A DNA stretch of 53,832 nt, taken from contig JAGPJJ010000001.1 in the NCBI GenBank assembly GCA_018054505.1, forward strand, positions 1 through 53,832, given 5' to 3'. Below are positions 19,980 through 28,295 of the stretch, in pieces. This DNA is from Prevotella sp. GTDB taxonomy: Bacteria > Bacteroidota > Bacteroidia > Bacteroidales > Bacteroidaceae. The notes beneath the pieces were generated by a model. It was not told where the DNA came from and made no database searches. It saw nothing but the letters and a program-made list of their open reading frames with translations. Each line of letters starts with the position of its first letter. The first letter of the stretch is position 1. Made by a program: the position numbers and the translations under genes.

Positions 19980-20813
19980 TTATCTATAAATTTTCTTAGC
20001 TTCGTTCCAAAATTTATCCATTTCTTCTAAAGTAACGTCTTTTAAATCTTTGCCCATTTCCTTGCATTTACTTTCTACATAGCCGAAACGACCTATAAAC
20101 TTTTGGTTTGTAAACTCTAAAGCATTGTCTGGGTTTAGATGGTAAAGACGTGCAGCATTGATTATACTGAAAATAAAATCGCCCAACTCACGTGTTGATT
20201 TATCTTCATCTTCCTTTTTCAATTCTACCTCCAACTCACCTAGTTCTTCACGAACCTTGTCCCAAACATCCTCCTTGTTTTTCCAATCAAAGCCAACATT
20301 GCGGGCTTTATCTTGTATTCTATAAGCTTTAATTAAAGAAGGTAAGGCATCGGGAACACCAGAAAGAACTGTTTTATTTCCATCTTTTTCTTTTTGCTTG
20401 ATTTGTTCCCAAGTCATCTCTACTTCTGTGTCATCAGCGGGCTTATCTGCTAACTCTGCCTTTGGATCTCCCTCCCATCCTGTCCAATCAATAAAAGGAT
20501 GGCGGAACATAAGTTTATTACTAAGCTTATCACACACATCAGCTATATCAAAACTTTCTTTCTCGGCTCCCATCATCGCGTAAAACACTACATGCTCTAA
20601 TACGTCGCCAAGCTCTTTGCATATTTCCTTGTCGTCACATTTCATTAATGCATCGCAAAGTTCATATACTTCCTCTATAGTATTAGGTCGCAAACTTTCA
20701 TTAGTTTGTTTTCTGTCCCATGGACATTCTTTTCTCAACCTATCCTGTATATCAAGCAGACGACCAAAAGCCTGCATTTTTTCTTCTCTTGTATGCTGTT
20801 TAAATGAATTCAT
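19980..20813 (-). CDS. mazG: Nucleoside triphosphate pyrophosphohydrolase
   Basis: CPWDRKQT, EEVYE, KELGD, RHP, GFDW, EELGE. Start moved to ATG 20813, 4 nt after the -7 box. Confidence 0.95.
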   Translation of the reverse strand: MNSFKQHTREEKMQAFGRLLDIQDRLRKECPWDRKQTNESLRPNTIEEVYELCDALMKCDDKEICKELGDVLEHVVFYAMMGAEKESFDIADVCDKLSNKLMFRHPFIDWTGWEGDPKAELADKPADDTEVEMTWEQIKQKEKDGNKTVLSGVPDALPSLIKAYRIQDKARNVGFDWKNKEDVWDKVREELGELEVELKKEDEDKSTRELGDFIFSIINAARLYHLNPDNALEFTNQKFIGRFGYVESKCKEMGKDLKDVTLEEMDKFWNEAKKIYR

Positions 20814-20817
20814 AGCA

Positions 20818-20848
20818 CAAATATATGAATAATATATTGAATTGCAAA
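20818..20848 (-). promoter_or_regulatory. mazG promoter (likely leaderless transcript)
   Basis: Minus TTTG (20848-20845), N19, TATATTTG (20825-20818), then TGCT-ATG. Confidence 0.7.
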
Positions 20849-21146
20849 ACTTTCTTTCGACAACTTTTTTTATCACCTCTCAACACATCTTTTCATTAAG
20901 AATAGCGACCGCATATTGAAGTTTGTATGAAGTGACTTGAAATGATTGATATATTGTATTTTACGAGTACATTGTAAACAAACGATCTTGATGGGGTTAG
21001 ATTAACCCTACCTTATTAATATATAGAACAATATTTCATGACTGGGTTCATGCCTATATAATTATTTATCGGTCATCTATTTGATAGAAAATACTCTATT
21101 ATATTAATTTTGACTAAGACTACAAGAAAAAGTTTTTTAATGCAAC

Positions 21147-21230
21147 TAATGTCATAATGTCACAAACCCTTTATTTACAAGGGCTGAGGGAGTAACATTA
21201 AGTGTCATTATCGGCTCAAAAGTGACATTA
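21147..21230. repeat. Repeat-flanked palindromic core element
   Basis: TAATGTCAT (21147) and TAATGTCAC (21155); core CCCTT-N7-AAGGG (21167-21183); inverted-orientation 10-mers AGTAACATTA (21191), AGTGTCATTA (21201), AGTGACATTA (21221). Confidence 0.75.
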
Positions 21231-21459
21231 AACCCAAGTAAGCACCTATTTTTGGCGTTTTTTTATCAATTATACTATTCATATTATACATAATTATACT
21301 AAGGGAGCTTTATTAATGATACAAACTAGTATCATAAACAATCTAGATAATTCAGTAAATCTACAGCTTTCACACATAGATGTAATAGTATGAATTTGAA
21401 GCAGATAAACATATATTGAAACTGGATTCACAAACGATTACCTAGATTTCCACAGCTTT

Positions 21460-21597
21460 TGTGTAATTAGATTACATCAACATGTGTGTAATTTGATTAC
21501 ATCAGTATGTGTGTAATCCGATTACACAACGTGTGTAACCATGTTACACAACGTGGGAAACCGTGTTACACACGTTGGGTAACAGGATTACATAACG
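21460..21597. repeat. Tandem array of six palindromic 25/22-bp units
   Basis: Units start at 21460, 21485, 21510, 21532, 21554, 21576; consensus TGTGTAAY-N3-RTTACA. Confidence 0.9.
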
Positions 21598-21895
21598 TGA
21601 AAAGACATTACTTAGCGCATATAAACTGTTCGTTAGTCGGAATGGGGGCATATGCCTTATTAAATAAGGTTGCAGATAGATTACATCAAAGATAACAAAC
21701 GAATAATAGATTGAGCTGTGTTCTTGAACCGAAAAATGGGATTATTCTACCTAAAAATATAATTACACACATTAAGAAACGACTTAATACTCAATAGTAT
21801 TTGATATATTGGTATCATATTTAGGTTTAAAAATGTGCTTTTTGCCCAATAATGCAAAATAAATATAATTTTAAGTGTTTTTTTTTGCTTCAAAT

Positions 21896-21926
21896 TTTGA
21901 TATATAAAAAAAAGAAAGTAACTTTG
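21896..21926 (+). promoter_or_regulatory. Promoter of the RRM gene, about 300 nt upstream of its ATG
   Basis: TTTG (21896-21899), N19, TAACTTTG (21919-21926). Confidence 0.7.
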
Positions 21927-22234
21927 ACGCCATAAACAACTGAGTTTATATTGGATATTATTTGAGTGTGAGTTTTTCGCTATTTCATATTGCGGTTAAT
22001 TCTATTCCGAATCGACATCAATTATTCGCTCCGATGTTAATAGAGAATTAGCGGTCTATTATGAATAAACCTACTTCCCGTATTTTTCTCAAAGAACAGC
22101 GACAAGTTGTGAAAACAAAATATATTGATATTGCAGTCATAGACTTCAATATTATATATACAACAAAATGAAAGAGAAGGTACATGCGCCTTTGGCGTTG
22201 TATCAATATAATTAATTAATATAAAGAAAAGAAA

Positions 22235-22564
22235 ATGAACATTTATGTTTCACATTTGAGCTGGAACACCACAAGTGAAAGCTTATCGGATTTATTTACT
22301 AAGTTTGGCGAAGTTACGTCTGCTAAAATCGTTACAGACAGGGAGACTGGCCGCTCACGTGGTTTCGGCTTCGTTGAAATGGCTAATGATGAAGAAGGCC
22401 AAGCAGCTATAGATGCCCTTAATGAGACTGATTTCGAAGGAAGAACTATCGGTGTTAACGTTGCACGTCCAAGAGAAGAGCGTCCTGAGCGTCGTTCTTA
22501 TGGTAACAACCGTGGTGGTGGTTATGGTAACAACGATGGTGGCTACAATCGTAGAAGATATTAA
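22235..22564 (+). CDS. RRM-domain RNA-binding protein with Gly/Arg/Tyr/Asn-rich tail (Rbp family)
   Basis: RNP2 IYVSHL, RNP1 RGFGFVEM, tail YGNNRGGGYGNNDGGYNRRRY. Confidence 0.95.
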   Translation: MNIYVSHLSWNTTSESLSDLFTKFGEVTSAKIVTDRETGRSRGFGFVEMANDEEGQAAIDALNETDFEGRTIGVNVARPREERPERRSYGNNRGGGYGNNDGGYNRRRY

Positions 22565-22595
22565 AATCATCGGATAGTTTACTATCTGCAAACTG

Positions 22596-22633
22596 AATAG
22601 GAGAAAGAACAATATGTTTTTTCTCCTATTTTT
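22596..22633 (+). terminator. Intrinsic terminator after the RRM gene
   Basis: AATAGGAGAAAGAACA / TGTTTTTTCTCCTATT followed by TTT. Confidence 0.8.
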
Positions 22634-22699
22634 GTTATATATGTTTTATCGTTTATGCAAAAAAATGTATTAACTTTGCACAATAAAAACAATAGATTT

Positions 22700-24445
22700 A
22701 TGAAGAATATAGCTCTTGCAATCATTGCATTATTTATTTGTGGTAGTGCCTTTTCAAAACCAAAGACCATAAGCCTCAAGATTATCGAAACAAGTGATGT
22801 TCACGGTAGTTTCTTTCCTTACGACTTTGCCAACAGACAACCAAGACAAGGCTCTATGGCACGCGTTAGCAGTTATGTAAACAGGCAACGCAAAACTGGC
22901 AATGTTGTATTGCTTGATAACGGAGATATTCTACAGGGACAACCAACAAGCTATTTCTACAATTATGTAGCTACTAACGATAGCAACATCGCTGCTAACG
23001 TGATAAACTACTTAAAATATGATGCAGAAACGATTGGAAACCACGACGTTGAACCAGGTCATGCTGTTTATGACAAATGGATTAAAGAAGTGAAATGCCC
23101 AATGATTGCATGTAACGTTATCAACGTAAAAACAGGAAAACCATATGTTAAGCCTTATACTATTATATATCGCGATGGTGTAAAGATTGCAGTTATGGGT
23201 ATGCTCACCCCTGCTATACCAAACTGGCTAACAGAGAATCTGTGGCAAGGATTGAGATTTGAGAATATGGTAACTGCTGCTAAAAAATGGATGAAAATCA
23301 TTAAGGAAAAAGAACACCCAGACGTAATTATAGGTCTTTTCCATAGTGGTAAGTCTGGCGGAATCACCACAAAAGAATATGATGAAGATGCAAGTTTGAA
23401 AGTTGCCACTCTTGTACCAGGATTCGACGTTGTAATGTTTGGACATGATCACACTAGAGATAATGAAATGGTAAAGAATGTAGAAGGAAAGAACGTGCTC
23501 TGCATTGATCCTGCCAATAATGCTTTAACCGTAGCAGAAGCTCAGATTGAACTTACATACAATAACGGAAGAATTACAAAGAAAAATATTACAGGAAATC
23601 TTGTTGACGTAACCAAAGAGGATATTGATTCAGCATACATGGAACACTTTAAGCCACAAATTGAGAAAGTAAACAACTATGTGGACAGAGTGATAGGAAA
23701 TTTCACTAATACAATTTCCACACGTGACTGCTACTTTGGTTCTTCAGCCTTCAATGATTTCATCCTTAATCTGCAATTGCAAATCACTAACGCCGATATA
23801 GCATTTAATGCTCCACTACAGTTTGACGCATCAATAAAGGCTGGACCTGTAAGAGTTGCAGATATGTTCAATCTATATAGATTTGAAAATCAGCTTTACA
23901 TTATGAGAATGACTGGTGAAGAAATCAGAAAGCATTTGGAAATGAGCTACGACTTATGGGTAAACACTATGAAAAGTGCCAACGATCATCTATTGTTATT
24001 ATCAAACACTCGTGGAGATGCACAAAGACTTGGCTTCAAAAACTTTACATTCAACTTTGATTCTGCCGCAGGTATTGACTATGTTGTAGATGTGACAAAG
24101 CCTGACGGTGAAAAGGTGAAAATTATGTGTATGAGTAATGGAAAGCATTTTGACGAACATAAATGGTATAAGGTTGCACTAAATAGCTACCGCGGAAACG
24201 GTGGTGGAGAATTACTAACAAAAGGTGCCGGCATACCAAAAGATAGCTTAGACAGCAGAATTATTTATCGCAGCCCACGTGATCAGCGCTATTATCTTAT
24301 GGAGGAAATAGAGAAAATGGGGACCGTTGATGCAAAGCCTAACAATAATTGGAAATTCATTCCAGAAGAATGGACTGTCCCTGCAGCAAAACGCGACAGT
24401 GTAATTCTATTTGGACATAAAGCTGACATAAAAGATCAAAAATAA
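22700..24445 (+). CDS. cpdB: Secreted 2',3'-cyclic-nucleotide 2'-phosphodiesterase / 5'-nucleotidase family protein
   Basis: TSDVHG, DNGDILQG, GNHD, GHDH metallophosphoesterase motifs plus a 5'-nucleotidase C-domain; signal peptide from M at 22700; -7 box TAACTTTG at 22671-22678. Confidence 0.88.
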   Translation: MKNIALAIIALFICGSAFSKPKTISLKIIETSDVHGSFFPYDFANRQPRQGSMARVSSYVNRQRKTGNVVLLDNGDILQGQPTSYFYNYVATNDSNIAANVINYLKYDAETIGNHDVEPGHAVYDKWIKEVKCPMIACNVINVKTGKPYVKPYTIIYRDGVKIAVMGMLTPAIPNWLTENLWQGLRFENMVTAAKKWMKIIKEKEHPDVIIGLFHSGKSGGITTKEYDEDASLKVATLVPGFDVVMFGHDHTRDNEMVKNVEGKNVLCIDPANNALTVAEAQIELTYNNGRITKKNITGNLVDVTKEDIDSAYMEHFKPQIEKVNNYVDRVIGNFTNTISTRDCYFGSSAFNDFILNLQLQITNADIAFNAPLQFDASIKAGPVRVADMFNLYRFENQLYIMRMTGEEIRKHLEMSYDLWVNTMKSANDHLLLLSNTRGDAQRLGFKNFTFNFDSAAGIDYVVDVTKPDGEKVKIMCMSNGKHFDEHKWYKVALNSYRGNGGGELLTKGAGIPKDSLDSRIIYRSPRDQRYYLMEEIEKMGTVDAKPNNNWKFIPEEWTVPAAKRDSVILFGHKADIKDQK

Positions 24446-24448
24446 ACG

Positions 24449-25225
24449 ATGAAGAAACTTTGGTTTATATTCTGTAAAGATGAATTAGTTCTAGAAAAGC
24501 ATGAAGATGGGACCTACTCCATTCCTGAAAGTGAAGAATCCCCAGTTGCAACTAAAGAATGGACCCACGTAATGAACGTAACTTTTGCAGGTGAAGCCGA
24601 TGTTAAGACATTTAATATAAGCAGTCCAGTTACAGATAACGACAAACTAGAAATGTGCGGATTAAGGAAAAGTTATTATAAGCTGCCGAAACCGCTATAT
24701 GATAAAGCTGGGAAATGTCATGAACTGCTATATTGGGATAATAACACCAAATTTTGTGGCGTATGCGGTTCCCCGATGAAGATGCACACAGACATTAGTA
24801 AGCGATGCACAAATTGTGGCAAAAAAGTATGGCCTTCATTAGCTACTGCTATTATTGTACTTATTCATAAAGGTGAAGAAGTTCTCTTAGTCAACGCTAA
24901 AACTTTTAGAGGTGATTTCTATGGACTTGTTTCAGGATTTGTTGAGACCGGTGAAACTCTTGAAGAAGCTGTTCATAGAGAAGTGCTTGAAGAGACAGGA
25001 CTGACTATTAACAATATAAAATACTTCGGTAGTCAACCATGGCCATACCCAAGTGGATTAATGGTGGGCTACAATGCCGATTATGTTGATGGCGAAATAC
25101 ATTTACAGCGGAATGAACTAGCCAGCGGACAATGGTTCACCAAAGATAATCTACCAACAATACCTGAAAAATTGAGTATCGCGCGAATGATTATTGACGA
25201 TTGGTTGTCGAATAATTCAAAATAA
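24449..25225 (+). CDS. nudC: NADH pyrophosphatase (Nudix)
   Basis: Zn ribbon CGVCG..CTNCG, Nudix box GFVETGETLEEAVHREVLEETG, SQPWPYP. Confidence 0.93.
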   Translation: MKKLWFIFCKDELVLEKHEDGTYSIPESEESPVATKEWTHVMNVTFAGEADVKTFNISSPVTDNDKLEMCGLRKSYYKLPKPLYDKAGKCHELLYWDNNTKFCGVCGSPMKMHTDISKRCTNCGKKVWPSLATAIIVLIHKGEEVLLVNAKTFRGDFYGLVSGFVETGETLEEAVHREVLEETGLTINNIKYFGSQPWPYPSGLMVGYNADYVDGEIHLQRNELASGQWFTKDNLPTIPEKLSIARMIIDDWLSNNSK

Positions 25226-25231
25226 GAAATG

Positions 25232-25263
25232 AAACGGGCAGTATGAATTATACTGCCCGTTTT
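25232..25263. terminator. Bidirectional terminator between convergent genes
   Basis: AAACGGGCAGTAT (25232-25244) / ATACTGCCCGTTT (25250-25262). Confidence 0.85.
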
Positions 25264-25282
25264 ATATAAATAATAATATAGC

Positions 25283-25918
25283 TTATTTTTCGTCTTTAAG
25301 TATTGGAAGTGATATATGAAATCTAACTGCAATAAATCGGATAATACATATTACTAAAAAAGTAGCTATAGCCGTGAATCCAATATTAATGCCGAGTGCC
25401 ATCATGAGCCAATATACCAATCCTCCAGCAACACTAGCCATAGCATAAATGTCTTTCTGAAAAACAACAGGCTCTTTATTTAGTAACACATCACGTATAA
25501 CACCTCCAGCAGCACCAGTGATGCAACCCATAATTATTGACACCCAAAAAGGATAATCAAATTGGAGTGTCTTTTGTATTCCAGCTATCGTGAAAAGTGC
25601 TAATCCCAAGGTGTCAAATATCAACCATGCGTTTTCAAGTCTGTTTAGTGACTTACCAAATAAAATAAATACTAATAAGGCTATAACAGTACAAATGACA
25701 TAAATACTAGAAGTCATCCAAAACGGAGTCGTACCTAACATTACATCACGGATTGTTCCACCACCAATTGCAACCGCAAAACCACATACAAAGCCACCAA
25801 ACCAATCAAAATGCTTGGCTGCAGCCATTCTGATTCCAGAAATAGCGAAAGCAAAAGTTCCTGTGAACTCTATTATCTGCTGCACAGTATGTGCAACTTG
25901 AGGATTAGGACCTATCAT
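25283..25918 (-). CDS. TRIC/UPF0126-family membrane protein
   Basis: Duplicated motifs GTFAFAISG..GGGTIRDV and GLALFTIAG..GGVIRDV. Confidence 0.9.
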   Translation of the reverse strand: MIGPNPQVAHTVQQIIEFTGTFAFAISGIRMAAAKHFDWFGGFVCGFAVAIGGGTIRDVMLGTTPFWMTSSIYVICTVIALLVFILFGKSLNRLENAWLIFDTLGLALFTIAGIQKTLQFDYPFWVSIIMGCITGAAGGVIRDVLLNKEPVVFQKDIYAMASVAGGLVYWLMMALGINIGFTAIATFLVICIIRFIAVRFHISLPILKDEK

Positions 25919-26886
25919 TATTTTGTTTTATTTACTATATTCTGAGGATTACCGTCTATATATGACTTTAAGTTTTCCAACAGTATGTTCATCAGTCGTG
26001 TACGCGCCTCAAGAGTCGCCCATGCTATATGAGGAGTAATAAAAGCGTTAGGCTGTGCAAACAAAGGATTTTCTGCCGATGGAGGCTCTTCACACATTAC
26101 ATCTGCTCCATATCCACCAAGTTGTCCACTTGTCAATGCGTCTGCAACATCTGCCTCATTAACCAATTGACCACGACCTGTATTTACAAGCAATGCTCCA
26201 CGCTTCATTTTCTTAATTGATTCCTTGTTAATAAGTTCTCTTGTTTCAGCTGTCAATGGGCAATGAAGAGTTAGAATATCACTAACTGAAAGAAGTCCGT
26301 CAATAGTTGTTTTCTGTATACCATCAGGAAGTTCTGTAGAACTCTTGCTCGTAAAAGCATATACGTCCATGCCGAAATCATGTGCAATACGTGCAACTTT
26401 ACTTCCGATATTTCCAAGTCCTAGAATACCGATTGTCTTCCCGCTTATTTCCATGAGTGGAGTGTTCCAATAGCAAAAATCAAGATTATTACTCCAACGC
26501 CCTTTACGGTTAAGATCGGCATAATGCCCGACACGATTAACCATATTAAGAATATGAGCAAAAGTCAACTGAGCAACACTGTCTGTACTATATGCAGGAA
26601 TATTTGAAACAAGTATTCCGCGTTTGTTAGCAGACTCTATATCAACAACATTATAGCCAGTAGCAAGAACGCCAATATATTTCAGTTTTGGCAACTGTTC
26701 CATGATTTCGTCTGTGATATTAATCTTATTGATAAGAATAATATCAGCATCTTTAGCTCTTGATACAACATCTTCTGGCGAAGTGCGATCATAAAGTTTA
26801 AAATCTCCAAGTTTGCTTATTGCTTCCCAGCTTAAATCTCCAGGATTTACTCCAAATCCATCTAAATCAACTATTTTCATCTTCAT
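25918..26886 (-). CDS. hprA: D-2-hydroxyacid dehydrogenase (glycerate dehydrogenase/hydroxypyruvate reductase-like)
   Basis: ATGYNVVD, GILGLGNIG, LHCPLT, NTGRG, TPHIAW; stop overlaps the next start (TAATG). Confidence 0.85.
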   Translation of the reverse strand: MKMKIVDLDGFGVNPGDLSWEAISKLGDFKLYDRTSPEDVVSRAKDADIILINKINITDEIMEQLPKLKYIGVLATGYNVVDIESANKRGILVSNIPAYSTDSVAQLTFAHILNMVNRVGHYADLNRKGRWSNNLDFCYWNTPLMEISGKTIGILGLGNIGSKVARIAHDFGMDVYAFTSKSSTELPDGIQKTTIDGLLSVSDILTLHCPLTAETRELINKESIKKMKRGALLVNTGRGQLVNEADVADALTSGQLGGYGADVMCEEPPSAENPLFAQPNAFITPHIAWATLEARTRLMNILLENLKSYIDGNPQNIVNKTK

Positions 26887-26913
26887 CTTTTCAATATTTA
26901 ATATATCACTACC

Positions 26914-28185
26914 CTATTTAAATCTGTCTTCCCAACATTGACTCATCCAATTATTGAGCTTTTCTTCGGCAGGACTATGTTGACCCTTCCAAAATCGTTC
27001 ATTCTGCAAATCATCAGGTAGATATTGTTGTTCTGCAAAGTGTCCAGGATAATCATGAGGATATTTGTAACCATCGTGATAGCCTAACTCAGCCATAAGT
27101 TTTGTAGGCGCATTGCGCAAATGAAGCGGCACAGGTAAATTGCCAGTCTGTCTTACCTTAGCTAAAGCTGCGTCTATTCCAAGATAAGAAGAATTACTCT
27201 TTTGACTTGTAGCTAGATACACAGTAGCCTCTGCTAGTGGAATGCGTCCTTCAGGCCAACCAATCTTCATCACCGCATCAAAAGCGGCATTAGCAAGTAG
27301 AAGTGCATTTGGATTTGCAAGTCCAATATCCTCCGCTGCACTAATGACAAGTCTACGAGCAATAAACTGCGGATCTTCACCTCCCTCTATCATTCTGGCC
27401 AACCAATATAATGCAGCATCAGGATCACTTCCTCGAATACTTTTTATAAAAGCCGATATAATATCATAGTGCATTTCTCCATCTTTGTCGTATGCAAGAG
27501 GATTAGATTGCAATCTGCTCTCAACAAGAGAATCTGTAATTTCTACATCGGTATTGCCGTCAGACTCTACTACAAGTTCTAGAATATTTAGCAACTTGCG
27601 AGCATCGCCTCCACTATATCGCAATAGCGCCCCACTCTCTGTAAGTGTAATTTTGCGCTTGCTCAATTCTACGTCATCATTTATTGCTCTATGCACAAGA
27701 TTCAATAAATCATCTTTATCAAGAGGTTTAAGTACATACAGCTGACAACGAGAAAGTAATGGGCGGATTACCTCAAATGATGGGTTCTCAGTTGTCGCAC
27801 CAATCAAAGTTACAATTCCACGCTCTACTGCACCAAGAAGTGAATCTTGCTGTGACTTACTGAAACGATGAATTTCATCAATAAATAGTATAGGAGACGC
27901 AGAACTGAAGAATCTTCCATTTTTTGCTTTATCAATAACCTCACGCACATCTTTTACACCACTTGTTACCGCACTTAGGGTATAAAATGGCGTATCAAGT
28001 TTGTTGGCAATAATCTGCGCAAGAGTTGTTTTACCAACACCAGGTGGTCCCCAAAGTATAAACGAGGAGATACGTCCTGAATCGATCATTTTGCGCAAAA
28101 CAGCGCCCTCGCCTACTAAATGTTGCTGTCCAACATAATCGTCAAGAGAGCGTGGACGCATTCTTTCTGCTAATGGTTCACTCAT
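26914..28185 (-). CDS. rarA: Replication-associated recombination protein A (MgsA)
   Basis: PLAERMRP, GPPGVGKTT, DEIHRF, GATTENPSF, SAFIKSIRGSDPD; start at 28185 just after the promoter TTTG-N19-TATTTTTG (28225-28195). Confidence 0.96.
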   Translation of the reverse strand: MSEPLAERMRPRSLDDYVGQQHLVGEGAVLRKMIDSGRISSFILWGPPGVGKTTLAQIIANKLDTPFYTLSAVTSGVKDVREVIDKAKNGRFFSSASPILFIDEIHRFSKSQQDSLLGAVERGIVTLIGATTENPSFEVIRPLLSRCQLYVLKPLDKDDLLNLVHRAINDDVELSKRKITLTESGALLRYSGGDARKLLNILELVVESDGNTDVEITDSLVESRLQSNPLAYDKDGEMHYDIISAFIKSIRGSDPDAALYWLARMIEGGEDPQFIARRLVISAAEDIGLANPNALLLANAAFDAVMKIGWPEGRIPLAEATVYLATSQKSNSSYLGIDAALAKVRQTGNLPVPLHLRNAPTKLMAELGYHDGYKYPHDYPGHFAEQQYLPDDLQNERFWKGQHSPAEEKLNNWMSQCWEDRFK

Positions 28186-28194
28186 AATTATATG

Positions 28195-28285
28195 CAAAAA
28201 TAAGGAATTAGTTGAATATAACAAAAAAATATATGCTAAAAGTTTGTGAATATGATTCAAAGTATTTACTTTTGCAGCAAAGATA
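28195..28285. promoter_or_regulatory. Divergent promoter cluster for rarA and the acidic hypothetical protein
   Basis: Minus TTTG-N19-TATTTTTG (28225-28195); plus TTTG-N20-TACTTTTG (28243-28274); additional minus TATCTTTG (28285-28278). Confidence 0.65.
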
Positions 28286-28295
28286 AATTACACTT

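Noticed and set aside
21460-21597. CRISPR array
   Set aside because: Units abut with only 3-6 variable nt, there are no unique 30-40 nt spacers, and no cas genes are in the window.
21507-21695. 62-aa ORF across the repeat array
   Set aside because: Its sequence is a by-product of the repeats, with no promoter and no recognisable domain.
20877-21895. Chromosomal origin (oriC), dif or parS
   Set aside because: No cluster of TTATCCACA-type boxes (only one weak ATTTCCACA near 21446), no XerC/D arm pair, no GTTTCACGTGAAAC, and no origin-linked genes.
21878-21913. Phase variation through T and A homopolymers at the RRM promoter
   Set aside because: Runs of 8-9 nt are common in this AT-rich DNA, and no invertible repeats flank the promoter.
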